From the NCBI GenBank assembly GCA_002269645.1, contig NIVC01000019.1:1506275-1570274 (forward strand): a stretch of DNA of 64,000 nt. Direction: 5' to 3'. The notes under the pieces were generated by a model. That model was not told where the DNA came from. It saw nothing but the letters and a program-made list of their open reading frames with translations, and did not search any database. The position numbers were made by a program, and so were the translations under genes. The stretch comes from Macrostomum lignano. Its lineage: Eukaryota. Shown here piece by piece: positions 11,601 through 23,774 of the stretch (its first letter is position 1; each line of letters starts with the position of its first letter).

Positions 11601-12353
11601 TGGATCTGACTAGGCTAATACAATAGGTCTGTTTGCCAAGCAGAGTCAGAGAGCACTCTGTGTGCTATTGGACTGCAGCTCTGCTAGTGAGTGCTGCACA
11701 TCAACCAAGAGTTAACATTGGATTCTGTAGTAATGGATGCTTCAATTCAAATTCTATTCTATTCAATTCAATTCTGGTCTTTTCATTTAACTTTGTCTAA
11801 CCGAATGCAATCAATGAATTTATTGATAGTTAGCCAAAAGCAAACCTCTTTTAAATCTGACTTGGAAAATAGAATTCTTTTTAATTAACAGTTTTATATC
11901 TTTATTAAAGTAAAATAATAAGTAAAGCTATTATAGTTTTAACATTGTAATTTTAGTTAACCTATTGTAAACAAAATGGTAATATGCACAAAAAATGCAA
12001 ACTATTGTCTTGTTTTTCGTATAAAATATTTAGTTCACTTAGTAATATCATATAAAGAAAATGAATCAATATGGAGATAGACTCTGTCATTTAAGCTTGT
12101 CCTATATATGTGTATAATAGATTTCAAAATAAATGGCATAACCAATCTTTTTCAAACTTGCAGCTGTTTTTAAAGCATTAACTTTATAATATAGGCACTA
12201 GGGTAAAGTGCTATTATTTTTTATACCTTTCCATTATACTAAATAAAAATCTATGCAGTTATGCACATATTTAATAAGTAGATAGTACCTTGGTCACAAT
12301 ATTATAAAAAGTGTATGAAAAACTAGAAAATTAACTATTTTGTAGAGTTCCAC

Positions 12354-12649
12354 TATATATGCGCAACAGTTGGTTGAGTTGGCCAATCTAGCAAACCAAT
12401 TTGGTGGCCAACCAAGGTAAGTTGCAAAAATGCCCACCCAAATAAATACCCAAGTAGTACTAAGTAGATAATAAGGCATTTTGCCTTAATAATATAGTCA
12501 TAGTTACTCCTGCCATTTACCCAAAGTTGCGTTAATTTTGCTTTAGGTTTCTTTTACATGTAAGTCGCATTTTTGGCCAAAAACTATATTGAATTTTTGT
12601 TAAAACTAAGTTGCATGGCCAACCAAATTTTAGAGGTTGCACATGTATG
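12354..12649 (+). mobile_element. MITE family A copy 1 (14-bp TIR, 8-bp TSD; P/hAT-type), heavily C-to-T mutated
   Basis: TIR (c/t)ATATATGCGCAAC...GTTGCACATGTATG. Perfect TSD AGTTCCAC at 12346-12353 and 12650-12657. Aligns end to end with the reverse complement of 16216-16503. Confidence 0.85.
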
Positions 12650-13340
12650 AGTTCCACTATAACTATTTTTTTATACATTGATATCTATAGCCATATCTTA
12701 AATTTTTTTCTATAGCCTATCTATATCCATAGCTAATAAACTTTCCATAACTATTGTATAATACTGAGACCTAGACCTTGATAGATACCTTAAAGAGATA
12801 GCTAGACGTTGCATATATAACCATGCTGGATATAGTATTTGGGGTATGCATTAGTCTAGACAATGAGACCAATGCGGCCAATGCCACACTTTACACAAGG
12901 GTATATCTAATTTAGCTTTCTAACATACTGCATAGGCGATGATTTTGACTAGGCCTAGCTAGCCATATTATCAAGTTGAAGGCCTATTGCCATAAGCCAC
13001 TATATAAAATGCTATTATTCAAGTTGCAGAGACCATATAGCTAAGGCCAAGGCAAATGTCCACTCTTCTCTTCGCTCTCTGTTCTGCCTCCTTTTCTCTC
13101 CTCTTTCTTTTTTTCTAAAACTATAGACCTTTTTATCTTTAATGTCTTGCTTAAGAGGCCTTTACTTTTAAAGACATATGCTTTTATTCTATAGGCCCTA
13201 AATAGTGCAAAGAGAATTATATAGATAGAGAATTAAAAAAAATTACAAAGCTTTATAGTTTTGGAATGTGATTGGCACGAATTGGCACAAATGCAAAGTG
13301 TGTCAAAAGACGAATTCATTTGGTACCCCTTAGGCCTACA

Positions 13341-13876
13341 CCATAGTCAGGAAGGTGTCCCATACACCCTGGAATGTACGCCGAGGAAAGGCTTCATGTG
13401 CAGGCTGATGTACGCCGATCTTTCAGAACTTGATTTTCCAAACTCTACAGGTATGCCAAATTGTACGCCAAAAAATTACGATTAATATTTTTTTAAACTG
13501 TAGCGGAAAATGAGTGTTGATAAACAAAGTAAAAATTGTACTAATTAAAAGCGAGGGGATTTTAGATTATATTTGCAAATTTACTTTATAAATAAATTTC
13601 CCCTTGAGCATAAAATTCTAAAAAAGTAAGATAAGTAAAAAAGATTTTTAATATCAATTTTTTAACTTCACGTATTTTAGTATTGCATTATCACGACACA
13701 ACAAAGCAATTTGAACAATAACCCTTTGTACGGTATACAAGAATGCTATCCAATAGGTATGCCAATCATTTTGGCATACCAAAATTTGCACGCCAATAAT
13801 GTACGCCAAAATTTATCTAATGTAAATGCATGCTGGAATTTTCCAGCGTATAGGACACCTTCTTGCTTGACTATGG
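13341..13876. mobile_element. MITE family B (TIR CCATAGTCA..GAAGGTGTCC, 8-bp TSD)
   Basis: TSD GGCCTACA at 13333-13340 and 13877-13884. Repeated internal TGTACGCC motifs. Confidence 0.85.
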
Positions 13877-13896
13877 GGCCTACAAACACATTTTAG

Positions 13897-14135
13897 AAGC
13901 AAATATCTTAGAAAATACAAAAGGCAATCATATGTTTAAAATATTATTGTAAAGCTGAGACATGTATCAAGAATTGATAAAAAGTTTCAGAGCAAATGAT
14001 TGAAGCATAGAGATGTAGTGATAAATCAAAGTTTTGGTTGAAATATATATAGGCATCTCTATATATATTTCTTGATGCATGTCTCAGTTTTGCAATGACA
14101 TCTTAGACAAATCAAACATCTTAGATTCTTTGCTT
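13897..14135. mobile_element. Decayed foldback/MITE-like element
   Basis: 27-bp inverted arms at 13947-13973 and 14069-14095 (24/27 match), with weaker outer symmetry. Confidence 0.55.
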
Positions 14136-15841
14136 ACACATTTTTAAAGCTGAATATGGCATCAGAGTAAAGAATGTATCCCAAAACATGAATTCATTTT
14201 TTGTTTGAATTATTTGTTTGAAGGAAAAAATATCTGTCAGGGAACTTGCACATCAGGACAGGATGACTATTTAGGGCCTAATATCTAAATATTATAAAAA
14301 CACAATTAGATCAATCAATTAGATCAATTAGAACAATCTTTCTTCCACAAACTACATGTTACATGTCCTAAATGCATGGAACAGTTTTAACAAATTCAAA
14401 TAGCTGCTAACTTAACTGCTTATGATAGTACTCCATGCCACTCCTAAAGCTGTGTACAGTAGCATCTTTATTCCCCATAGACGTTCTTTGCTAAAATGCC
14501 ACGTCAGTGAAAGCCACGTCATCATTATGTTACTGTAATAAGGGCCATAGACATTCCTTTGCCTACCAACGGCTTTACGGTATATTAGATATATAATATT
14601 AACAAAGCTGCTACTTTCTCAGCTAGGAAAGGGCTGGGTACACTGGAGAGCTTGAAAATAATCATCTCAGAGCAAGATAGTTCAGAAATCATTGAAAAAA
14701 TAATTTAACAAAACAAACAAAACTTGAAGATTGCCCTTTTTTTATTAAAGCTTCATTGAAATTATTGCCTTCCATATACTAAAATCTAAAACTATATATA
14801 TATATAGGGTAACTATTTAAATGACTTTAACTTATATAAACATTGCAGTTTCTTTAGTTCAAATGGAAAGTAAATACAAACTTCAATGGTAACTATTTAT
14901 TGAAATTAAGTTAAGACAAGTTAAGCAATGTTAATGATATTGTTATCCAAAAGATTGCCTTATTAGAAATCAATACCTAGAAATAGAAGGCTAGTGGCTA
15001 ACTTGTAGACCTAGATATTTAAACTAATAAAGGTTTGAGTGAAAAATTTGAAAAGGCAACGAGTAGGCCTAGGCGGTAGGCCTAGGTAGGCCCATGTCTT
15101 ATTTAATTTCGTGGATCGTGGATGTAACGGAGACGGATGTGCCTAGGGTGTAGGGCGATACGCTCTAGTTGAAAAATTGACAGAAATGCACAATGCAGCA
15201 GAGTTCAGCTGGAGCGGGGCTGGGCATGGGCAGCTCAGCTGGGGCTGTGTAGGCGTAGGCCTAGGCCAAGTACAAGTCAATTCGATGACATGACAAACAA
15301 ACAGATTGAATAAAGTACTGATAATTTATCCACTTAGCTATCACTACTAAAATCTGAATGTGAGAAAACTTGATCTCACTCTTCCGATTCCGACCTGCCT
15401 TTCCAGGTCCAGGGTAAGTCAGCTGATTTAAGATGATCTGATGAAACCATGAAAGTGACGAAATTAATATATTTCAACATTTGAACAACAATGACTTACG
15501 GCCCTATTGCGTCAAGTAAAACAAAAATTAAAGCTTTTTAGCATTTAGGTGGGAGCGAATTCGTAATATAAAATAATTTATACTGCTATGACGTCTATGT
15601 CTACAAATACTACTCAAAGACGTGTTATTAATATTATTGAATACTCACCGAGGGTGCTGATTTTTTACTTTGAAAGTTTTTGTTTATTATTAGAGGGTGA
15701 ATAAATCAATACAGTGAAACAATAAAATCGATATAGCTGGTGAGCAAAATTGTTTTTTGATATCACTGGATATAAAGTATCATCTCGTACGCAGAAAGAG
15801 TATTCAAGCCAGGGACTACTACACTTGGAAACTGAACTGCA

Positions 15842-16020
15842 TGGCCAAATCACGCAAAAAATAGTTAGAGGCTGGCTTTTTCTAGTGCGCCCTAGAATTT
15901 ATTATTGAACGTGGAAAACTGGGTTTTTTTTACTTTTTTTCGCCATCCTGTACAGAAGTTCTAGGGAGCACAGCTAAAAAAACCATGCAGCCTCCAACTA
16001 TTTTCTGTATGATTTGGCCA
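15842..16020. mobile_element. Palindromic MITE-like element
   Basis: 33-bp arms TGGCCAAATC...GAGGCTG (29/33 match) plus inner inverted CCCTAGAA segments. Confidence 0.7.
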
Positions 16021-16215
16021 GTTTCCCGTCTATTACATATGTAAATGTAGTTAAAGTCAGTCGCTGATTCAAGCTGATTTTCGGTTGCCAATTATAATAA
16101 AAAGCCCCAGCTCTGGTATACTTCCTTAATGAATTTTGCAAGAATTGTTTATTAATTGATCTAAATATGTCTTCCTAAGACATTATGTAAAATAATTCTA
16201 GGTTTTCATTAATTC

Positions 16216-16503
16216 CATATATGCGCAACCTCCAAAATTCAGTCGGCCGTGCGCCTTTTTTTAACAGAAATGCGACGTAGTTTTTGGCAAAAAAATGCAA
16301 CTCACATGTAAAAGAAGTCCTAAAGCAAAATAAACGCAACTTTGAGTAAACGGCAGGAGTAACTATGACTGTCTTTATTAAGGAAACATGCCTCCAGTAC
16401 TACTTAGGTATTTTTTCGGGTGGGCATTTTTGCGACTTACCTTGGTTGGCCGCCAAATCGGTCGGCCAGATCTGCCGACTCGGCCGACTGTTGCGCATGC
16501 ATG
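16216..16503 (-). mobile_element. MITE family A copy 2 (CpG-rich)
   Basis: TIR CATATATGCGCAAC / GTTGCGCATGCATG. TSD ATTAATTC / ATAAATTC (7/8 match). Confidence 0.85.
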
Positions 16504-16639
16504 ATAAATTCTAAGGTTGCGAAATTTTCATTTCACAGCTACCATGCAATCACTACTGTCGCCTGATGCCGCCTACGATAGCTGGATGGAGCGTACGATC
16601 CACATATCACTATTCAGAGAGATACACTTCTGCATGGTA

Positions 16640-17075
16640 TGTAGCCTTTGATTAGCCTGTCAAACCAGCTTCCCAGAAATTGGCATCAAACTGATATGCA
16701 GGGATTTCTTGGCTGCATGAAGACCTCATCTCGTTTCGGTAAAGATTTTGCCGCAGATTATTGGTATCTTCATCGTCGGGCCGAATAACGGAAAAGCTAT
16801 AGTTGGTGATGGCGAGGTCAGGACTGTAGGCAGGGTGGTGCAACTGGCGGAAAACAAGCTCTTCCACCTTGACTTGCATCCGAGCGGCCGCATGACGTCA
16901 CGATTGTCCCGAAAGGATGAAGGGTCTTTGACGCAGCGCTTGTTCAGAACAGCATCGCGGCTCACTTCGCGCAGATCTTTAAGTATCCTTGCAGGTGTTA
17001 CAGAATGCGGCACACGAACGAACTATGGAAACCATGCGCACGCTCTCCATTTCACGTAACACTCGCAGGTGGATT
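16640..17075 (-). pseudogene. Degenerate mariner/Tc1 transposase fragment
   Basis: HHPAYSPDLAITNY resembles the mariner HPPYSPDLAPSDY motif. An upstream frame has a DN(ARPH)-like segment. Frameshifts and stops are present. Confidence 0.75.
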
Positions 17076-17996
17076 ATCCTTCAAATAATTGAAGACAATT
17101 AAGGCTGGCTATAAGTGGATTTTTAGTCTAATCAGACTCAATTTGTACTCAGGGCAACCATCAAATAGTCCGAAACTTTTTAGCACCCTCGTATATTCCA
17201 TACTGATCGTATCTAAACTAACGACGCTTTCAAATTTTAAAATATTAGTTGACTCTCTGTCTATCGCAAAATTCTTGAGCTTTCATATTCATTTGAGAAA
17301 TTTAAGCAATTTTTAAGACTGTGATGCCGTAAATAAACTGCACATTGAGCATCATGTGTTTTACCTAACATCCTTTAGAACGGCTGACATCAAATTCAAG
17401 AGCTGGATGGTTAGTACATTGTTTAAATGTACAAGTCATAGCTCTCAGCTCCTTCCAACTCCAACTTCCTAAATCAAACAGAGGATCTCATTGAGTTGAA
17501 TTCCTTCCCCTTACTTAGCTTTTTTTCTATCCCTGAACCTCATTCCCAAAGGCAAGTTGCCATGACAGCAGCATCTAGGGCTGCACCTGTACGCGAGCTC
17601 CTGCCGGCATGCAAGCGCTGCTAGTCATTGTTCTAAGACTGATGAGCGCGGGAGATGGCTGGGAGGAAGGCGAACGCAGAGAGAACTCTCCATCGATCTA
17701 CCAATTTTGGTTTCCATGGCTCACTCCCTGGATTCCGTAGGGTGGATAAGGAAGAGGAGAGGGAACTCTGACTCAACTGTGCGCATATGCATCTCCACAC
17801 CCTTCTGCAAACAGCCACCCCCCATTTGATGAAGCATCAGGCACGCCTATTTCAAAGGGGAGCTAGCTAATCGTGACTAATCCTACCTGGTTCCGAGAAT
17901 TGTATTTATTCACAGCAACTCTCGAAGCCAGTCATAGCTTCATCGAAGAGGTGAACTACGAGGTGCCTGCAAAACGCACGATTGTCTTGCAACAAT

Positions 17997-18660
17997 ATGA
18001 TGCGCCGGAACTCTCTGGGATTCGAGTTCCCGTCTGTCTCGGATCAGCCCAGATCCTCGTTTACCGGCCGGAGCAGCTGCGAGTCCAGCCACTGCGGCTG
18101 CGGTCTGGAGGACTGCGACCAGGCTGACACCGACTCGGCCTTCGTTGATGACGATCTGGAGAGCAGCTGGGACCAGCTGCGGCTGCGCCAGTTCAAAGAG
18201 CAACTGTCTGTCGTGGAGGAAGCGCCGGCCCGAACCTCCAGTTCAGTCTTTGTGCGCCTGATGAAGAAACTAATGACAGGTGAGAATCGAAATTGTAACT
18301 AATCCCAGCTTTGGTGAATCATTAAGCCTATGTAGTTCGGATCCTTGTTCTTTAAGGCCAATACTCATCATCTGTTGAGTCCCCGATTGATTTGGTGCAT
18401 AAATTTACGAACTCGAGTACAGAAATTTTCCCCACCATCTTACTCATTCAGTGAGTCAAATCTTCTCAAACGAACGGCTGGACAAGTACGAGAAGATCAT
18501 CCTGGTGCTGGCGATCCTGCTGATTGTCGACACAGTCGCTCTGACCTACCTGCTGGCTTCCTATCCGGTGTACAGGGACATTCTGGGCAAGCTGGGCTAC
18601 AACATCCTCTTCAATTCGACGTCATTCTTCTATCAAGCCAGTCTGAAAAGGGACTTGTAA
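17997..18660 (+). CDS. Hypothetical small membrane protein, ~163 aa, 2 coding exons
   Basis: Exons 17997-18279 and 18452-18660 are joined by a phase-1 GT-AG intron. GC3-rich codons, a Ser/Asp-rich N-part and a hydrophobic helix IILVLAILLIVDTVALTYLLA. Confidence 0.7.
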
Positions 18661-20306
18661 ACTCCAAGCACCTGGGAATTAATTTATATTAACTGGCTGA
18701 GCTAGGCTTCGCTCTGGCTTAACTTTAAGTCAACAATTCGACTCAAGCTGTTTCCAGAACCCTATTTTTCAGCTGATAAAATTGTTTTGTTCACTTTATT
18801 GTACCTGCATGTATTTTCATGTCCATTTAAGCTACGCTATAAACTTTCAAGAATCACTTGAACTTTCCAGTGTATATCGTTAAAATCCGTTAATTGTAGT
18901 GGTCATTGTGAACCTTATCGCATGCTAACGTAAGCAGAACTCACTGATATTTTCATTTTCATTTCACCCGAAATCGCCACTTCCTCACCAAGCAATGTTT
19001 TGCTATGAAGGAAAAAATAGTTTTTTTCTGCTTTAGGTGCCTTCTTTTTTGGGAACCAAATATACTCGTACTTGCGCTCGTAAGAAATTCGATAATCGAT
19101 AAAAATATTGCCAAGTTTTTTATACGTGTACTTACTGTATAGTATATGGACTAGCAATGTTCGCCCCCCCGTTGGGGAACAACAAAGCAAAAGAACTAAA
19201 AAATGAATAAACTATTACATGTAGCTTTCGCTCGACTTTGTACAGTCAGTATTGTTAGTTTCTTAAGGAAAATGCCGTTTAAGGCAAAAACATCATGCAG
19301 CCCGAAAGCCGGCTATTTAGCCTAAGATATCAGCATCCCCTTTGAGCTTTGGCATCAAAGCCATCTTTGAGGTATGACTTAAATGTAACTCTCTAACTCT
19401 CTCCTTTTGATGCTTGGCCTACCAATAACTCCAATTGACATTGAGATCTCAGCGATCGACATACATATATGAGCATTTACATTTTATCAATTTCCCTTCC
19501 ATCAATTTCCATCCATTTTTAAATTGTCAGTGTGTCAGTAGTATTACTTCTAGTAGTAAACTAATTTTAGTACAATTCTGGTAAATAATCTAGTAAATTT
19601 AAAATAACCGCTTTAAAAAAAGGCAAGTTAAAGGTTTTCGGAAGTAGGACAAAATTGTGAAAAATACGGTGGATAAATCTGTAGGATAGAGAGAAGAAGG
19701 AAGTAGCTTAAGGTAACCGAAGTGAAAAAAGCAACGCAAAATCGTTATTCCGTTGCCTTGAAAAAATTGAATATGGTCCGTTCGCGTTAACAGTCGCTAT
19801 CAAAAAGTAGCTTCCGTTACTAAAGTAACTTTAGCACCGCAGCAAAGCCGTAGCTTGGGTGCTGTGTAAATGCATTGCAATTGGGTACAAGTACTACAAA
19901 GTAAACAGTAGTGAAGTGAGCCAAAGCGTAGGAGGCCGGAGCAAGTTATTTTCTACCTTCCTTAAACGATCTGCTACTTACAATCAAATCCTTTAACACA
20001 CTCTCTCACAAGAACTGATTGCAATGCAGAGTAGACAGTTTAAAAATTTCAAATTGAAATAAAAATTATCTGATTCCTTAGGTTGCACTTGAAGTTTATT
20101 GATTTAGTACAAGTTTATTTTCACTCTTCAAGCAGATTAGGTTTACCTGCGAGTATTTCGGTGAAGAAAAATAAAATCTTTGAGACGATGCCCGGAATAA
20201 AGCAATTACTTGGCTACAGTCAATATTTAATCTCTACTCTTGGTGAGCTCTGAGTTTCTATAAAAGGTTGGCTTTTCTTCAAACACATGGTGGTAGACCA
20301 CTAAAT

Positions 20307-21755
20307 TCAAATGTCACTGACAGTCAAATGTCACAGGCAGTCAAATGTCACAGACAGTCAAATGTCACAGGCAGTCAAATGTCACAGGCAGTCAAATGTC
20401 ACAGGCAGTCAAATGTCACAGGCAGTCAAATGTCGCTGACAGTCAAATGTCACTGGCAGTCAAATGTCACTGACAGTCAAATGTCACTGACAGTCAAATG
20501 TCACTGACAGTCAAATGTCACAGGCAGTCAAATGTCACTGACAGTCAAATGTAACTAACAGTCAAATGTCACTGACAGTCAAATGTCACTGACAGTCAAA
20601 TGTCACTGACAGTCAAATGTCACTGACAGTCAAATGTCACTGACAGTTAAATGTCACTGACAGTCAAATGTCACTGACAGTCAAATGTCACAGGCAGTCA
20701 AATGTCACAGGCAGTCAAATGTTACAGGCAGTCAAATGTCACTGACAGTCAAATGTCACTGGCAGTCAAATGTCACAGGCAGTCCAATGTCACAGGCAGT
20801 CAAATGTCACTGACAGTCAAATGTAACTAAAAGTCAAATGTCACTGACAGTCAAATGTCACTGACAGTCAAATGTCACTGGCAGTCGAATGTCACTGACA
20901 GTTAAATGTCACTGACAGTCAAATGTCACTGACAGTCAAATGTCACAGGCAGTCAAATGTCACTGACAGTCAAATGTAACTAACAGTCAAATGTCACTGA
21001 CAGTCAAATGTCACAGGCAGTCAAATGTCACAGGCAGTCAAATGTCACTGACAGTCAAATGTCACTGACAGTCAAAAGTCACAGGCAGTCAAATGTCACT
21101 GACAGTCAAATGTCACTGACAGTCAAATGTCACAGGCAGTCAAATGTCACAGGCAGTCAAATGTCACTGACAGTCAAATGTCACAGGCAGTCAAATGTCA
21201 CAGGCAGTCAAATGTCACAGGCAGTCAAATGTCACAGGCAGTCAAATGTCACAGGCAGTCAAATGTCACAGGCAGTCAAATGTCACTGACAGTCAACTGT
21301 CACTGACAGTCAAATGTCACTGACAGTCAAATGTCACTGACAGTCAAATGTCACAGGCAGTCCAATGTCACAGGCAGTCAAATGTCACTGACAGTCAAAT
21401 GTAACTAAAAGTCAAATGTCACTGACAGTCAAATGTCACTGACAGTCAAATGTCACTGGCAGTCGAATGTCACTGACAGTTAAATGTCACTGACAGTCAA
21501 ATGTCACTGACAGTCAAATGTCACAGGCAGTCAAATGTCACAGGCAGTCAAATGTCACTGACAGTCAAATGTAACTAACAGTCAAATGTCACTGACAGTC
21601 AAATGTCACTGACAGTCAAATGTCACTGACAGTCAAATGTCACTGGCAGTCAAATGTCACTGACAGTTAAATGTCACTGACAGTCAAATGTCACTGACAG
21701 TCAAATGTCACAGGCAGTCAAATGTCACAGGCAGTCAAATGTCACAGGCAGTCAA
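20307..21755. repeat. 17-bp minisatellite (AAATGTCACTGACAGTC / AAATGTCACAGGCAGTC)n, ~85 copies
   Basis: Read directly. Two main variants are interspersed. Confidence 0.97.
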
Positions 21756-21801
21756 GACCCATATTAAGGAATTAAGTGCGAGTACGAGCGTGCAATCCTT
21801 T

Positions 21802-23774
21802 TCACAAATAAAGAATCAAATTTGGCGCTTCAGTTCGGCCAGAATGAACTCTCCAGAAGCGGTCTGCTGACGAAGTGCGCAGCTGTCGGTCTCGCTCTCT
21901 GCGTGCAGATTTTAATGTGTTGAATGCGGTGTCGGTGAACGGTACATAAACCTCTGGACGCTTATTTAATAAACTGGATGTCAAACTACACTTGTGGTGA
22001 GCAGCGTAATGTCAATTGAAAGTCAAATTGTGTCAACTAAAACCCTATAAAAGTAAATGAAAGAACCTGAGTGTCTGGAGTGTCCATTTCACCTTTAGCT
22101 GATGTTCTCGAAAGAGGAACGGTAAGAATACCCGGGTAATTAACTAACATTTACCTGTTGAAGATAGTTGTCATTCGAGCAGTCTAATTAATCCCAGCCA
22201 CTGTCGTGTGCCGTTTATGCTTCAAGCACTTTACACTGAATAGACCAATTTTGCTTTTCTCCTCCTAGCTCGCTAGCCAAGTGTACTTAGCAAACACTAA
22301 TTACTTATAGTAGGCATCTCTCAGTGTATACAAAGTCATCCTATTTCTTGGGTTTTCTTGTTGCACAATCGCCTCGGAGTTCTTACCTGCCTTGTACCAG
22401 GCGTCGAAGTCTTGACGGCATTTCCACGCGTCAACAATGAAGTACTTGGGATTTCGCATCCCTTTTACCTTCTGCACCTTGTCGGTGCTGGCAACGCATG
22501 GAATCCCCTGGCAGCTGCGCACGCCATCCTCGTGTCGCTTAAGATATTCGCCGTTGAAGATCTCTTTGAACTGCACGTCCAAGTTCATGATGGACAAGAC
22601 TGCGTAACCTGGAATTTATATCAATTCATTCGTTAAATTTAGGAGACTCTTCGAATAGTGTGGTATTGAAACTCTTGGGTAGTCTACCGGTATGGATGTT
22701 GAATGAGTCTAGTTGCAATCTTTATTCGCAAGTCTTTGGACCACATTCGTTTTGGATTAGTGCGCGGAGAATGACGTAAAACTTTTCTTGTGATTCGCGC
22801 CAATGAAGGCCAGCTTCTAAAAGCTGAAACTAGAATGTCAGAGCCACTGTGCACCATTTTTTGAGTCTTATCGTACTCCTGTGTGCGTGTCCAGAGCGCT
22901 GATGGGATCAGCGAAGGTGCCAGCTTCCAGCGAACTAATTAAATTAATTGTAGCATTGCTCACCTTGAGGCAGTGGAACGCTCAGCGGCACGCAGTACAT
23001 TTCCACCTGTTCGAGAAAGTCGCTGGCCCTAAACACCGGGTCGCTGTACAACCACTTTTGACACTCTTTGGAGCACTCGAAGAGAAGAACGCCCAGGCCT
23101 TGGTTCTTGGGCCAGAAGCCTTCTATGCACTCGATCTGCGTGACGAATGTAATCAGCTGTTGAGTATAATAATAATGTGTGATTACACCTGCCCCAATAG
23201 GGTCAGGTGTGCAACCGACAGCTCAGCCGCAGCTATTGCGCGTACGGCTGTTCAGTCCAAGGACTGGGGTGGTCGCCACACGCACCCTCAATTACCCCAG
23301 CTAATGCTGGCACCCATTTTACAGCTGGGTGAACTGAAGCAATGCAGAGTTAAGTGTCTTGCTCAATGACACAGATTGTTTCGAGTGGGTCGAGAATCGA
23401 ACCCCCGATCTTTCAGTCGTGAGTCCGACGCTCTAACCACTAGGCTGCAGCCTCCTGTAATACTAATAGCAGTAGCTTCTGTAAAAAAACAACTTGAAAA
23501 GTCTCCGCACCGTCTCGCAGTGTCCCAACAGACTCCCGGTGTACTGCTTCATCACGCCAGCCTCCTTGATACAGGCGTTGCAAAATTTCCTGTGCAGCTC
23601 AGAATGATAGCTCAAAATGATGGCCACCTGTTCCGTGGCTCTGGTTGCTGCTCCCTTGGCGCCTCTGTCACCTGCTGGCTCAGCCTGGCCCGGAAAACAA
23701 GGAAGTTGCGTATAAGAATGAATGAAAAAAGTTTTGGACAAAGCAGCTTCTCTAAGACTTACCTTTCCGCTCAT
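21802..23774 (-). CDS. Protein with two DUF1330-like (dimeric alpha+beta barrel) repeats, ~250 aa, 5 exons
   Basis: Exons 23774-23763, 23684-23511, 23156-22964, 22608-22387 and 21953-21802 (last exon least certain) have phase-consistent GT-AG introns. Two units, ..IEG..LGVLLFECSKECQKWLYS and ..VKG..FIVDAWKCRQDFDAWYKA, resemble DUF1330 (LEG..VVIEFPS.EAA.AWY.S). Confidence 0.6.
23166..23452 (-). mobile_element. CORE-type SINE copy in intron 2 of the DUF1330-like gene
   Basis: Same family as 8315-8610. The (ATT)n tail ends ~10 nt before the 3' splice site. Confidence 0.9.
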
